Positions 8,126-16,654 of a DNA stretch of 64,000 nucleotides are shown one piece after another. The stretch is from a virus. The stretch is from IMG/VR virus record IMGVR_UViG_3300047550_006186; one strand, 5' to 3'. Under the pieces are notes generated by a model, which saw only the letters and a list, made by a program, of their open reading frames with translations, was not told the DNA's origin and searched no databases. The position numbers and the translations under genes were made by a program. Each line of letters opens with the position of its first letter. Position 1 is the stretch's first letter.

Positions 8126-9925
8126 ATGATTGAACTGAATGACCCCACTGTAATTGCACATACTGACTCACAAGCATTGAACGTTTTGTTGGCAAAAATC
8201 CAAAGACCCATTCCTGATGAATCCAAATATTTGGAACGACTGGAGCAAGAGCTCAAAATAATAGATGAACAAAACTTCAGTCCACATTTTTTGAGAGTGT
8301 TGGAAGTTTTGGACCTTACCAAAGACATACCACACATCACTAGAGGCAGTGCAGGCAGTTCACTTGTTTGTTATCTACTAGGCATAACAGATGTTGATCC
8401 AGTCAAATATGACATTCCATTGGCTAGATTTTTGAACCCCCTGCGTGATGATTTGCCCGACATTGACATAGATTTTGGTCAAAAATTTCACAAAGAAGTA
8501 TTGGAACGTATCTATCGCCACTGGCCAGGTAGAGCTGCCCGCCTCAGCAACTACGTGAAATATCGTGAAAAAAGTGCCCAAAAAGAAGCATTGAAGAGAG
8601 TGTGTGGCATCAAGGGCAAAGCTGCCAACCAACACAAGCCAGAACACCTAGTGCCCAAACACAAACACAAGGAATGGAAAAATTTATCAGAAAGGTTGTT
8701 GGGCAAAAAGAAATGTATCAGCAAGCATCCTGGCGGTGTGATTGTTTTTGACCAACCGCCTGCCAAAAGTTTGTTGTTACAAAAAGACACCCAAATCTTG
8801 CTGGACAAATATGAGTGTGAAGATCTTGCGCATTTGAAAATCGACGTGCTCAGCAACAGAGGATTGAGTGTGCTGTGGGATTGTAGTGGTCAAGGTCCGT
8901 TTGAATACAACCATGAATGCGATCAGACCCTTGCCATGCTGGCAGCAGGCAACAGTTTTGGGATCATCCAAGGAGAATCTCCCGTGATGCGGCGAACACT
9001 TCGCGCTCTCAAACCTCAAACGGTGGATGATCTCACACTTGCCACAGCATTGATTCGTCCTGCTGCCTTGACTGGTAGACAAAAGGGTGTGTTTTTTAGA
9101 GAATGGATTGGACACAATAAACAGCCTGGTGCCCTCAAACACAAGGATGGATTGGTATTTGATGAAGATGCAATTGATTTGATCTGCAAGGTATTGGATG
9201 TGGATGAGTTTGAGGCTGACATGTATCGCCGCGGATTCGTCAAGAAAAATGAAGAGATGATGTTTCAATTTTTGGAGAAGATTGGCAACCATCCACGTAG
9301 AGAAGAGATAATGTATCTGCTCAAAAACATGGATGGTTTTGGACTATGCAAAGCCCACAGTGTGAATCTGGGTAGGTTGGTATATGCTCAAGCTTGGGAA
9401 AAACAGCACAATCCTCAAAAGTTTTGGTTGGCTGCTCTACAAAACGCATGCAGCATGTATAGACCCTGGGTGCATATTGAACACGCAAAATCAGCTGGCT
9501 GGCAAATACAGGGCAAGAAACGACCCTGGCTGGTCAAAAACAACATATTATACAATGAAAATTGGCAAGTTCCTTTGTTTGACAGCCATTGGGATCAATT
9601 GGCACACATGGGATTTTGGACACACAAGTCTTGGATACCAGGCACCTATTATCAACAAATGGGCACCACAGCAGCATTTTGTGGAATAATTGCTGCACAC
9701 AGAATTTATCATTGTGGCCAAGGAGAGTTTGTTACTTTTGCCACATTGGGCACAGGTGCTGGTGAATTTTTGGAAGTTGTTTTGCCAGGTATGATCAATG
9801 TCAAAAATACAGCTTTTGTGGAAGGCATGGGAGAAGTGGAAGTCAAAAACAACAACACTGTTATATATACTAGAACATTTGAAACATTGTCCACAAGAGA
9901 ACATGCTAAGCACCACGACAAGTGA
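8126..9925 (+). CDS. dnaE: Minimal DnaE-like (C-family) DNA polymerase catalytic core, lacking PHP and C-terminal accessory domains
   Basis: Matches Pol III alpha palm/fingers motifs: RGSAGSSLVCYLLGITDVDP (DnaE [20 protein letters not shown]), ARFLNPLRDDLPDIDIDF (ERFLNPERVSMPDFDVDF), KHPGGVIV, LKIDVLSNRGLSVL, DGFGLCKAHSVNLG; only 599 aa. Confidence 0.7.
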   Translation: MIELNDPTVIAHTDSQALNVLLAKIQRPIPDESKYLERLEQELKIIDEQNFSPHFLRVLEVLDLTKDIPHITRGSAGSSLVCYLLGITDVDPVKYDIPLARFLNPLRDDLPDIDIDFGQKFHKEVLERIYRHWPGRAARLSNYVKYREKSAQKEALKRVCGIKGKAANQHKPEHLVPKHKHKEWKNLSERLLGKKKCISKHPGGVIVFDQPPAKSLLLQKDTQILLDKYECEDLAHLKIDVLSNRGLSVLWDCSGQGPFEYNHECDQTLAMLAAGNSFGIIQGESPVMRRTLRALKPQTVDDLTLATALIRPAALTGRQKGVFFREWIGHNKQPGALKHKDGLVFDEDAIDLICKVLDVDEFEADMYRRGFVKKNEEMMFQFLEKIGNHPRREEIMYLLKNMDGFGLCKAHSVNLGRLVYAQAWEKQHNPQKFWLAALQNACSMYRPWVHIEHAKSAGWQIQGKKRPWLVKNNILYNENWQVPLFDSHWDQLAHMGFWTHKSWIPGTYYQQMGTTAAFCGIIAAHRIYHCGQGEFVTFATLGTGAGEFLEVVLPGMINVKNTAFVEGMGEVEVKNNNTVIYTRTFETLSTREHAKHHDK

Positions 9926-10020
9926 ACTACTGTTGGTTTTTAGGGCGTGGTAGTTCACTATGCGTTTCGCAGCAGCATATTTGAAAATTGGCTGAATTCG
10001 TATTTTGACATCAAAAAGAG

Positions 10021-10048
10021 TTGACTTGATTTAAATTTGCCATATTAT
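10021..10048 (+). promoter_or_regulatory. Sigma70-like promoter TTGACT-N16-TATTAT
   Basis: Upstream of ORF 10074; AAGGA SD. Confidence 0.4.
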
Positions 10049-10073
10049 GATCCTTGAAAGCAAGGACATATAG

Positions 10074-10277
10074 ATGTTATTCCGAGTTGATTATACCAGC
10101 TTTGCACGAGATCGCAATGGTGATTGGGACAGGCAGGAAGGCTGGTTCCTCACTGAGGGCAAGGACGAATCCAACGTCCTGAACTTTTATGCCAAGAACG
10201 GCAAGTTTCAAGGTCTCAGGGTCACACCCGCAAGTGATCAGGACAAGATCAATTACGGCGTACTTCCAACTGATTAA
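10074..10277 (+). CDS. Hypothetical small protein (67 aa)
   Basis: ORF with own promoter and SD. Confidence 0.45.
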   Translation: MLFRVDYTSFARDRNGDWDRQEGWFLTEGKDESNVLNFYAKNGKFQGLRVTPASDQDKINYGVLPTD

Positions 10278-10305
10278 GTCTTGATCCAATCCAAGGAGAA
10301 CAAGT

Positions 10306-10554
10306 ATGACATCAATTTTTTATGGGACGGTGGTGCCTGATAGGCTGCCTTCTGGCCAATTTCGTCGTTTGATGGAACATGAAGTTCCTTGCCATCAGGA
10401 AGATGGTGGGCAGGCCATGATTATAGAGCTGGGGTCTGGTGCTGAAGCAGAGATGTTTGTCAGGCTACAAAGCTGGGACACGCTGCGTGAACATCCGCAG
10501 ATGCAGATGTGGATTGGCAAGCGGATTAGCGTGACTGTGGAAGTATTGGATTAA
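10306..10554 (+). CDS. Hypothetical small protein (82 aa)
   Basis: AAGGAG SD 7 nt upstream of ATG. Confidence 0.45.
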   Translation: MTSIFYGTVVPDRLPSGQFRRLMEHEVPCHQEDGGQAMIIELGSGAEAEMFVRLQSWDTLREHPQMQMWIGKRISVTVEVLD

Positions 10555-10561
10555 ATTTTGG

Positions 10562-10589
10562 TTGACATTGTCTCAACATGTGTTATGTT
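10562..10589 (+). promoter_or_regulatory. Sigma70-like promoter TTGACA-N16-TGtTATGTT
   Basis: Same TTTTGGTTGACA context as the 12.5-14.5 kb promoter array. Confidence 0.5.
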
Positions 10590-10599
10590 GTGAGATAAA

Positions 10600-10824
10600 A
10601 TGAAAGAAATGCAAATGCCAAAAGATGCATTTAATGTTGGCGACCGAGTCAATGTGGTTCGAACCCGTCACGGATGGTATGACGGAAGCTTGCAGGCAAC
10701 CGTGGTTTCCAGGCATCAACGAGACACAGGCACTTTTAGCTATATGGTTAGGGATCTGGATGGTGCCGTGCATGAGGTCAATCATACACGCGACATGTAT
10801 AAGTCTTTGGGCAACAACAGATGA
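10600..10824 (+). CDS. Hypothetical small protein (74 aa)
   Basis: ATG 11 nt downstream of promoter-proximal leader. Confidence 0.4.
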   Translation: MKEMQMPKDAFNVGDRVNVVRTRHGWYDGSLQATVVSRHQRDTGTFSYMVRDLDGAVHEVNHTRDMYKSLGNNR

Positions 10825-10889
10825 GCTTTTTGTGGTTGACATCACCAACGTCTGTGCTATAGAGCGCTTACAAAGCAAGGAATATTAAA

Positions 10890-11603
10890 ATGGAATTTGA
10901 TGGTGCAATGCCAGGATTGCCAAAGTGGCCCCAGATGCGTGTTTGGGGGCCCAGCATCACTCCCAAGCAGGCACAGGAGATCATCATCCGCACCGATCAT
11001 TTCTGGCAGGGCGGTGGCGGCAACGATCATGATTTCCAGCGGCGGCTGTGTGCTGCTGTTGACTTCCCCTACATGGAATATGGCGATCCAGACACAGACT
11101 GGAATGCCTACTACGAGGGTACGGAGCGGTTCCGTACCAGCATTGGATACGTCAACACAGAATACGTCCGCAATGGTTGGATCAGCAACTCATTCATCTT
11201 TGGCCCTAGTGGCTGGTGTTGGCCTGATGGAACAATTCGCTTTGTCCACAATGTGGGTAAGTGGCCTTCTGTGGAGGAAATCCTGGAAGATTGGCAGGCG
11301 ATTGCCAAAGCATGGCCCTTCCTAGACCTTGATGCCTGTTTGATGAGCGGCGAAGGCAGTGAGGACAATATCAAGCCCGTTGCGATTATCCAGGTCAAGG
11401 ATGGCATTGCCACCGCACATGATCCTGACACGTATGAATTTCTGTCAAGGTTTGGTCAAGTAAGTGACAATTTTGAGCTGCCAGACCTAGGTACAGCGGT
11501 GCGCAGTATCCTGATGAGTTCTACAAATCGTGAACAGCGTTGGACCATAAATGAGGTCAAGGAAATGGTCACCCAGGTTCGCAACAACCTGTCACAGTCT
11601 TAA
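10890..11603 (+). CDS. Hypothetical protein (237 aa)
   Basis: Long ORF, SD-like aaggaatatt upstream. Confidence 0.5.
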   Translation: MEFDGAMPGLPKWPQMRVWGPSITPKQAQEIIIRTDHFWQGGGGNDHDFQRRLCAAVDFPYMEYGDPDTDWNAYYEGTERFRTSIGYVNTEYVRNGWISNSFIFGPSGWCWPDGTIRFVHNVGKWPSVEEILEDWQAIAKAWPFLDLDACLMSGEGSEDNIKPVAIIQVKDGIATAHDPDTYEFLSRFGQVSDNFELPDLGTAVRSILMSSTNREQRWTINEVKEMVTQVRNNLSQS

Positions 11604-11883
11604 TATAACACCACACCCAAAAATTCAGATGTCAAGCAAGGAAGTATAACATGACAACGTGGGCTCTAGTGCTGATCCTCTACACAGGATTTAACTATCA
11701 AATGACCAACGTGCCAGGCTTTGCCACAGAAGCAGTTTGCGTGAGTGAGGGCAAAAAGTGGCAAGAACGTAGGCGTTCCACACATACCTATCACTGCGTG
11801 GAAGTCCAAGGCAATAGCAAGAACTGATTGAGATTTTTGGCGTTATCCCAACGTCAATTTTACACAACATTCTGACAAGGAAT

Positions 11884-12282
11884 ATGCAAATGAAGTTTCG
11901 CAACAAGATGCTGGCTCTTCCCATCCTGGCCCTTCTGGGTCTGGCAGGGTGCGATCGCACGGACGCTGACGTGGCCAGCTACAACATCAGCAAGGCGGCT
12001 GACAACTTCGAGATCAACCGCCGCATCGTGTTCATCAATACCTTCACCAACGACTACGTGCTGGTGATCGAGGGTCTGTGCAGCCTGGGCAACAGTGACA
12101 CCAACCTGCGCATGAGCGTGACCTGCAAGACCGGCCCCAGCACCTTCAAGAAGCATCACCTGGGCCTGGGTGCCAACGTGACCTTCGTGAGCGAGCAGTT
12201 GGATGCGGCCAAGGCCAGCACCTACCACTACCGCGTGGTGTTCAAGCCCAGCACGCTCATGCCCAACATCGAGATCCGATAA
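11884..12282 (+). CDS. Lipoprotein (high-GC, probable xenolog)
   Basis: Signal peptide + lipobox LLGLAGC; about 60% GC versus about 43% flanks. Confidence 0.55.
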   Translation: MQMKFRNKMLALPILALLGLAGCDRTDADVASYNISKAADNFEINRRIVFINTFTNDYVLVIEGLCSLGNSDTNLRMSVTCKTGPSTFKKHHLGLGANVTFVSEQLDAAKASTYHYRVVFKPSTLMPNIEIR

Positions 12283-12304
12283 GGTCAGACAGGAGACACA
12301 TCAC

Positions 12305-12541
12305 ATGCAACTAGGTAATATCCTCACAGGTATCCAAATCCTGCAGAAATATTATGACAATCCTAACAGATACCATATGTGTGCTGAACATGATGAAATC
12401 TATCTCACTGCAACCAACAAGCCTCTGGCCCAAAGCGATCTCCAACTCATGTTGGAATTGGGTTGGTTTCAGGAAGATGGTACTCAAGAAGATGATCCTG
12501 AAAACTACTGTGTAGACGAGCCTTGGAAGGCATTCGTCTAA
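12305..12541 (+). CDS. Hypothetical small protein (78 aa)
   Basis: AGGAG SD then ATG 12305; 3' end overlaps a terminator-like hairpin. Confidence 0.45.
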   Translation: MQLGNILTGIQILQKYYDNPNRYHMCAEHDEIYLTATNKPLAQSDLQLMLELGWFQEDGTQEDDPENYCVDEPWKAFV

Positions 12542-12548
12542 ATTTTTG
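12521..12548 (+). terminator. Stem-loop + T-run immediately upstream of a promoter (PeSL-like arrangement)
   Basis: gacgagcc-ttggaa-ggcattcgtc then taaattttt. Confidence 0.4.
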
Positions 12549-12549
12549 G

Positions 12550-12585
12550 TTGACATTACGGGAACAACCTGCTATGTTGTTCCCG
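12550..12585 (+). promoter_or_regulatory. Sigma70-like promoter TTGACA-N17-TGcTATGTT with 10-bp perfect inverted repeat flanking the -10
   Basis: TTGACA 12550-12555; cgggaacaac (12559-12568) / gttgttcccg (12576-12585) palindrome encloses ctgctat. Confidence 0.55.
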
Positions 12586-12604
12586 AACGCAAAGGGATAG
12601 GTTG

Positions 12605-12805
12605 ATGTTTCTAGTTATGCGAACGCACTCTCCTAGCACAGATAAGCGAGGTGGGCTTTGGCAAGTTGTTAGCAGGCCTTTTGGATCTCGTCAGGCGGCC
12701 CAAAATTGGTGTGAATTCATGCAGAAAGAATACCAGGAAGATCATCCACGAGGGTCGCATAAGTTTTTTGTGATTGAAACTCTTGGGCCCAATAATGGAG
12801 AATGA
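12605..12805 (+). CDS. Hypothetical small protein (66 aa)
   Basis: AAGGGA SD; 3' end carries the repeat agttttttgtgattgaaactcttgg also found at 13783. Confidence 0.45.
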   Translation: MFLVMRTHSPSTDKRGGLWQVVSRPFGSRQAAQNWCEFMQKEYQEDHPRGSHKFFVIETLGPNNGE

Positions 12806-12814
12806 TTTTTTTGG

Positions 12815-12842
12815 TTGACAGCCATACTAAACCTGCTATAAT
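12815..12842 (+). promoter_or_regulatory. Sigma70-like promoter TTGACA-N16-TGcTATAAT
   Basis: Perfect consensus hexamers plus extended -10; promoter + 5'UTR (about 50 bp) duplicated at 13303. Confidence 0.6.
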
Positions 12843-12869
12843 GGGCACACCAAGCAAGGAACACTGAAC

Positions 12870-13289
12870 ATGAGCAACAAGCTGACGGTTGGCGACGTAT
12901 TTGAAGCCTGCAATGGCATGCGGGTGTATGGTATGATCCCCAAGCATTTTGCCTACGCCAACAGGGCTAACGATCCCACGCCCGCTCATTGTGAGCTGAC
13001 GGTGGGAGAAATCAAGAGTCGCGACAGCCATACCTTGGACCTTGGTTACCTCAAGGGCCTGTATGTGGTGGAGCATGCTGCCTCAAAGGGCGGTGGCACT
13101 GGCCATGGGCCTCATGACATCTACCCGGATGGTTGGCACATTCGTGCCCGCAAGCTCAAGGCTGATAGCAGCTACGACCCTCATGGTGTTGAGATTGATT
13201 TCTACCAGAGCGGTTCCTTCACGGTGGTGAACCCGACTGTGCCTGTAGTGGGCAAGCTTCACCGCAAGGTGGATTTTGTGGCTGAGTAG
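12870..13289 (+). CDS. Hypothetical protein (139 aa)
   Basis: ATG 28 nt after -10; ORF track 12870..13289. Confidence 0.5.
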   Translation: MSNKLTVGDVFEACNGMRVYGMIPKHFAYANRANDPTPAHCELTVGEIKSRDSHTLDLGYLKGLYVVEHAASKGGGTGHGPHDIYPDGWHIRARKLKADSSYDPHGVEIDFYQSGSFTVVNPTVPVVGKLHRKVDFVAE

Positions 13290-13302
13290 CCAAAAATTCT
13301 GG

Positions 13303-13330
13303 TTGACATTCCCTCCAAACCTGCTATAAT
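13303..13330 (+). promoter_or_regulatory. Sigma70-like promoter TTGACA-N16-TGcTATAAT (duplicate of 12815 promoter/UTR)
   Basis: aacctgctataatgggcacaccaagcaaggaa(c/t)actgaacatgagcaa shared with 12828-12877. Confidence 0.6.
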
Positions 13331-13357
13331 GGGCACACCAAGCAAGGAATACTGAAC

Positions 13358-13798
13358 ATGAGCAAACCCAACCCCACCAAGCGGATTGCCACCAAGCATA
13401 TTGATAAGGTGGTGATGATCAGGGACGAGAGCGATGAGCGGGAGCTGCTGGCGTTTGAGAACGCCGATGCAGCCAGCCTCTTTGAGGGCTGCCTCAACGA
13501 CAGCGGCTATGGTAGTGCCTATGGTGGCTATGAGGTAGAGTGGCCCAGCATGGATGATGTGCGCAAGACAAGGGGCTATGAGGACTGGCTCAAGAACGGA
13601 CAGCGTGTGATCAGCCTCGCTTACATGAACTACGTGAGCGAGCGCATGGACGCTGACGAAGAGTGCGATGCCAGCTACCTGCTCAACATGGAAATGGTCA
13701 AGGACGGCTATGCGCCAATGAGCCTCGCGGACTGGGAAACGCTGTATCCAGAGGAGTGCGAGGACACTGACGAAGCTGAAGAAGTTTTTTGTGATTGA
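13358..13798 (+). CDS. Hypothetical acidic protein (146 aa)
   Basis: ORF track; D/E-rich C-terminus. Confidence 0.5.
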   Translation: MSKPNPTKRIATKHIDKVVMIRDESDERELLAFENADAASLFEGCLNDSGYGSAYGGYEVEWPSMDDVRKTRGYEDWLKNGQRVISLAYMNYVSERMDADEECDASYLLNMEMVKDGYAPMSLADWETLYPEECEDTDEAEEVFCD

Positions 13799-13834
13799 AA
13801 CTCTTGGCAACAAGAATTAGTCATAAATTATTGG

Positions 13835-13862
13835 TTGACACTATGGCCTATCATGCTATACT
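13835..13862 (+). promoter_or_regulatory. Sigma70-like promoter TTGACA-N16-TGcTATACT
   Basis: Consensus hexamers, TTATTGGTTGACA context. Confidence 0.55.
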
Positions 13863-13888
13863 GTCCTTGTTGAATAAGGAGCAGGACA

Positions 13889-14164
13889 ATGGCTCGCAAA
13901 ACGATTGATGTGTCAATGATGGTGGACAGGGTGAACAAGGCCTTGGCTACTTCAACCTGCCCGCCCGACTCGAGGATGGGTATGATCACAGTGTTGGAAA
14001 TCATGCTGCAAGAAGCAAGTTGCTACAAGGGATATCGGCCCTTGCATGAAGATGAAGTGCCTCAGGGACATCTGCCAGCTATCAGGATGGCTGAAGATGG
14101 TAGCATGTTGCCCTATCCAGAGAGGTTCGTCAACTGCGACGATACTCGTCGCAGGTATTTTTGA
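13889..14164 (+). CDS. Hypothetical small protein (91 aa)
   Basis: AGGAG SD (aaggagcaggacaatg). Confidence 0.45.
   Translation: MARKTIDVSMMVDRVNKALATSTCPPDSRMGMITVLEIMLQEASCYKGYRPLHEDEVPQGHLPAIRMAEDGSMLPYPERFVNCDDTRRRYF
14128..14160 (+). terminator. Stem-loop + T-run upstream of next promoter
   Basis: gcgacga-tac-tcgtcgc then aggtattttt. Confidence 0.4.
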
Positions 14165-14175
14165 GGCAAAACTGG

Positions 14176-14203
14176 TTGACATTTGATCAGCATGTGCTAT
14201 ATT
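14176..14203 (+). promoter_or_regulatory. Sigma70-like promoter TTGACA-N16-TGtgcTATATT
   Basis: Consensus hexamers. Confidence 0.55.
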
Positions 14204-14229
14204 GGCCTTGTTGACCCAGGAGGCTAGCA

Positions 14230-14457
14230 ATGGCTGTGTTACCACATCACGTAGAGCTGAGAAATACTAGTTCAGTATTAGATCAGGCCCAGGAGTGGTG
14301 CCACAAGCAATGGCCCAACACGCACCAAGCAACTTGGTATAGTGGCCCAATCAAGGAACCTTTAACCAGACGCCTACAGCCTTCCAGGACCTGGTCCTTC
14401 CAATTCAAGGAGGATGCAGCAATGTTTGAATTGGCATGGATTACCTCCACCAATTAG
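14230..14457 (+). CDS. Hypothetical small protein (75 aa)
   Basis: GGAGG SD (caggaggctagcaatg). Confidence 0.4.
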   Translation: MAVLPHHVELRNTSSVLDQAQEWCHKQWPNTHQATWYSGPIKEPLTRRLQPSRTWSFQFKEDAAMFELAWITSTN

Positions 14458-14474
14458 ACTGGTTGATTTTTTGG

Positions 14475-14502
14475 TTGACATTTCTTCAGCCTGTGCTATA
14501 AG
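14475..14502 (+). promoter_or_regulatory. Sigma70-like promoter TTGACA-N16-TGtgcTATAAG
   Basis: Consensus -35, near-consensus -10. Confidence 0.55.
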
Positions 14503-14529
14503 TAGCATATGAAAAACAGGAGCGGTGTG

Positions 14530-14688
14530 ATGAGCAAGGGTGATAAGATCGTTGGTGTTGCGCCTCGTATCAGCCGTCGTGCGATCGAGCTGTTCCAGGA
14601 CAACCGTTTCAAGCCGCGTATTATCAAGAACAAGCGTGCCTACACTCGCAAGGGGCGCGGAGCTGAACGAGCTGGCAATGGAGACTGA
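14530..14688 (+). CDS. Small basic protein (52 aa, R/K-rich), GC-rich codons
   Basis: AGGAGCGG SD then ATG 14530; MSKGDKIVGVAPRISRRAIELFQDNRFKPRIIKNKRAYTRKGRGAERAGNGD; below ORF-track size cutoff. Confidence 0.35.
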   Translation: MSKGDKIVGVAPRISRRAIELFQDNRFKPRIIKNKRAYTRKGRGAERAGNGD

Positions 14689-14857
14689 TGACGACATTCG
14701 CGCACCATTTTCGTGGTGCGATCAGCAAAAGCTAGCTCATGCTGAGGCAATGGCAGAAAAGCTGTTGGATAGATACCCGCAGTTGGCAGAGATGTGGCTT
14801 GACAGTGCTGACCTAATTCTCAATCGTATCAACCCAACGGGATCCTCAATCGATTAA
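14678..14857 (+). CDS. Small acidic protein (59 aa), overlapping previous gene end
   Basis: METDDDIRAPFSWCDQQKLAHAEAMAEKLLDRYPQLAEMWLDSADLILNRINPTGSSID in frame of ORF 14540..14857. Confidence 0.3.
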   Translation: METDDDIRAPFSWCDQQKLAHAEAMAEKLLDRYPQLAEMWLDSADLILNRINPTGSSID

Positions 14858-15033
14858 GACCAACAATGGAGTTCGATTGTGCGGAGTTCAACTGCCTGTG
14901 GATTCACTATCCCACAGTGGTAGCGCGATGCAAAATCAGCGGAGGCTGCACTACCGTCGCTGATGACGCATTTTAAATAATGCTGTAACTGCGTCCAACG
15001 CATAGATATATGGAGACTAGATTGAGGTCTGAT

Positions 15034-15801
15034 ATGAGCAAGGTCATCGTTGAGCGTCCCCGGATCGGGGGCAAGCTGGTCCGCAAGGGGCGGCGCATCG
15101 ACGACGACCTCCAGGTTAGCCACGAGGGCATGCGTGCCCCCTACGTTCGCCACTACAACAACAAGGAGCTCAACGAGAACCTGGCACCACTGCTGCGCTT
15201 CCTGGACTCCCGGGTTGGCCGGCGGTGGGACGACGTTTACAGCGAGATCTGCAAGAACATCCGCCCCGACAGCACCGTGCAGCAGCACGTCCTGGTCCAC
15301 GTCAAACAATTCGTGAATACCCACGTCCGCCGCAACGGGGACGGAGAGCTCTGGGACTACGATGGCCGTCCCGGACCGCTCAGTAGTTGGTCCCGGTTCT
15401 ACGTCGATCCGGATAGCGGCATCCTCACGCGCAATCCCAATCGGCAGGGCTGGTCCGCCCAGCGACGCGAGTACCGCCGGGAAAAAGAAGCCGAGCGTTT
15501 GGCCATCGAGCGTCGGCTGCCGGACGGCACCGACGTGCGGAAGCACGGTGGCATTTGGTACGCTGGTGTGCGCAAGGAGGTCCCTGCCCCTGTGAAGCGC
15601 ACCAGGATCGCCGTCGACGGCAGCACCAGGGAATACCTCGAGGGTGGCGAGGTGTACGACTACTTCCTCGAGGTCCTCGTTCGCCACCCCCAGCTTCCCC
15701 GCAAGAGCTGGGGCAACGCGGTCACCGCCTCCCACTATTACGCTAGCAAGCGCCAGCTCAACAGCGCTGAGCTCCGGAGGCACGGCCTGGAGAACGATTG
15801 A
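15034..15801 (+). CDS. Hypothetical protein on a high-GC island (255 aa)
   Basis: About 62% GC; MSKVIVERPRIGGKLVRKGRR...; antisense ORFs here are GC artefacts. Confidence 0.5.
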   Translation: MSKVIVERPRIGGKLVRKGRRIDDDLQVSHEGMRAPYVRHYNNKELNENLAPLLRFLDSRVGRRWDDVYSEICKNIRPDSTVQQHVLVHVKQFVNTHVRRNGDGELWDYDGRPGPLSSWSRFYVDPDSGILTRNPNRQGWSAQRREYRREKEAERLAIERRLPDGTDVRKHGGIWYAGVRKEVPAPVKRTRIAVDGSTREYLEGGEVYDYFLEVLVRHPQLPRKSWGNAVTASHYYASKRQLNSAELRRHGLEND

Positions 15802-15814
15802 CATGCTGTGATGT

Positions 15815-15995
15815 GAACTATCACCCCCCCTCTAGGGCTGTAGCTGGCTGCTTGATCGTAGTGGCTGACAGCAGACCCCAATGAGTGAGAATACCTGTGA
15901 CCACATCCACAGGCGCAAGAGCCAGTTCCTTCCCCACATGATCTATATTCCACGGTTGATGTCCCCAGTTCTTGATGTTGATGGCTGCATATGAC
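15815..15995 (-). mobile_element. Solo right-end + 3' tnpB remnant of IS200/IS605-family element A
   Basis: gtgaactatcacc...ctagggctgtagctggctgcttgatcgtagtggctgaca...ccacaggcgc...tgatgtccccagtt matches RE/3' region of copies at 39711, 50165, 25004. Confidence 0.5.
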
Positions 15996-16063
15996 TGTTA
16001 TTCTTGTGTTTTTATTTTGTGATTTCTCAGGAACGATCTCTATAATGTTCCAGATAGTTCATT

Positions 16064-16654
16064 ATGAGGAACCAAACACGCATGGAAAACAAGGCCTGCA
16101 CTAATCAAAATCTACCCAGCTTGGAATCCAACAATAGTTATTTCTTTTGTGAAGATTTCAGCAACAAAACAGTCAAGCCTGTGATTGAATGGATTCTGGG
16201 CAACAATTTTCTACCCAACAGTCAGCGTCCGCCCCATCTCACATTGATCATCAACAGTCCGGGAGGAGAAATGCCCGCAGCATTTGCCCTGATAGATGTT
16301 ATCAAAGGCAGTGCCATCCCCATTCACACATTGGGACTAGGGCAAATCAGCAGTTGCGGTATCCTGACTTTCATGAGCGGAGAAAAAGGGCATCGCACAC
16401 TCACACCCAACACAAGCATCCTCAGTCATCAATGGGCTTGGGGTAGCTATGGCAAGGAGCATGAATTGATGGCTCGTGTGAGAGAATTTGAACTCACCAG
16501 CCAGCGTATGATCAATTTATACAAACACTGCACTGGTTTGAGTGAGACAAAAATACGTGAAGTGTTGCTGCCTGCCAAGGATGTATGGTTGAGTGCCGAA
16601 GAAGCAGTTGAATTGGGCATTGCTGACTCTATCCAGTCCACATATGCAAAGTGA
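16064..16654 (+). CDS. clpP: ClpP-like serine protease (S14 family)
   Basis: LIINSPGGEM, GQISSCGILTFMSG (Ser), ILSHQW (His), C-terminal EAVELGIADSI typical of ClpP. Confidence 0.7.
   Translation: MRNQTRMENKACTNQNLPSLESNNSYFFCEDFSNKTVKPVIEWILGNNFLPNSQRPPHLTLIINSPGGEMPAAFALIDVIKGSAIPIHTLGLGQISSCGILTFMSGEKGHRTLTPNTSILSHQWAWGSYGKEHELMARVREFELTSQRMINLYKHCTGLSETKIREVLLPAKDVWLSAEEAVELGIADSIQSTYAK

Noticed and set aside
14854-15804. Long minus-strand ORFs in high-GC regions (14854..15804, 58889..60076, 60841..61479, 59095..60204)
   Set aside because: They lie antisense to, or frame-shifted within, strongly supported genes on 60-65% GC islands where stop codons are rare. They show no SD sequences and have low-complexity Arg/Ala/Pro-rich translations.
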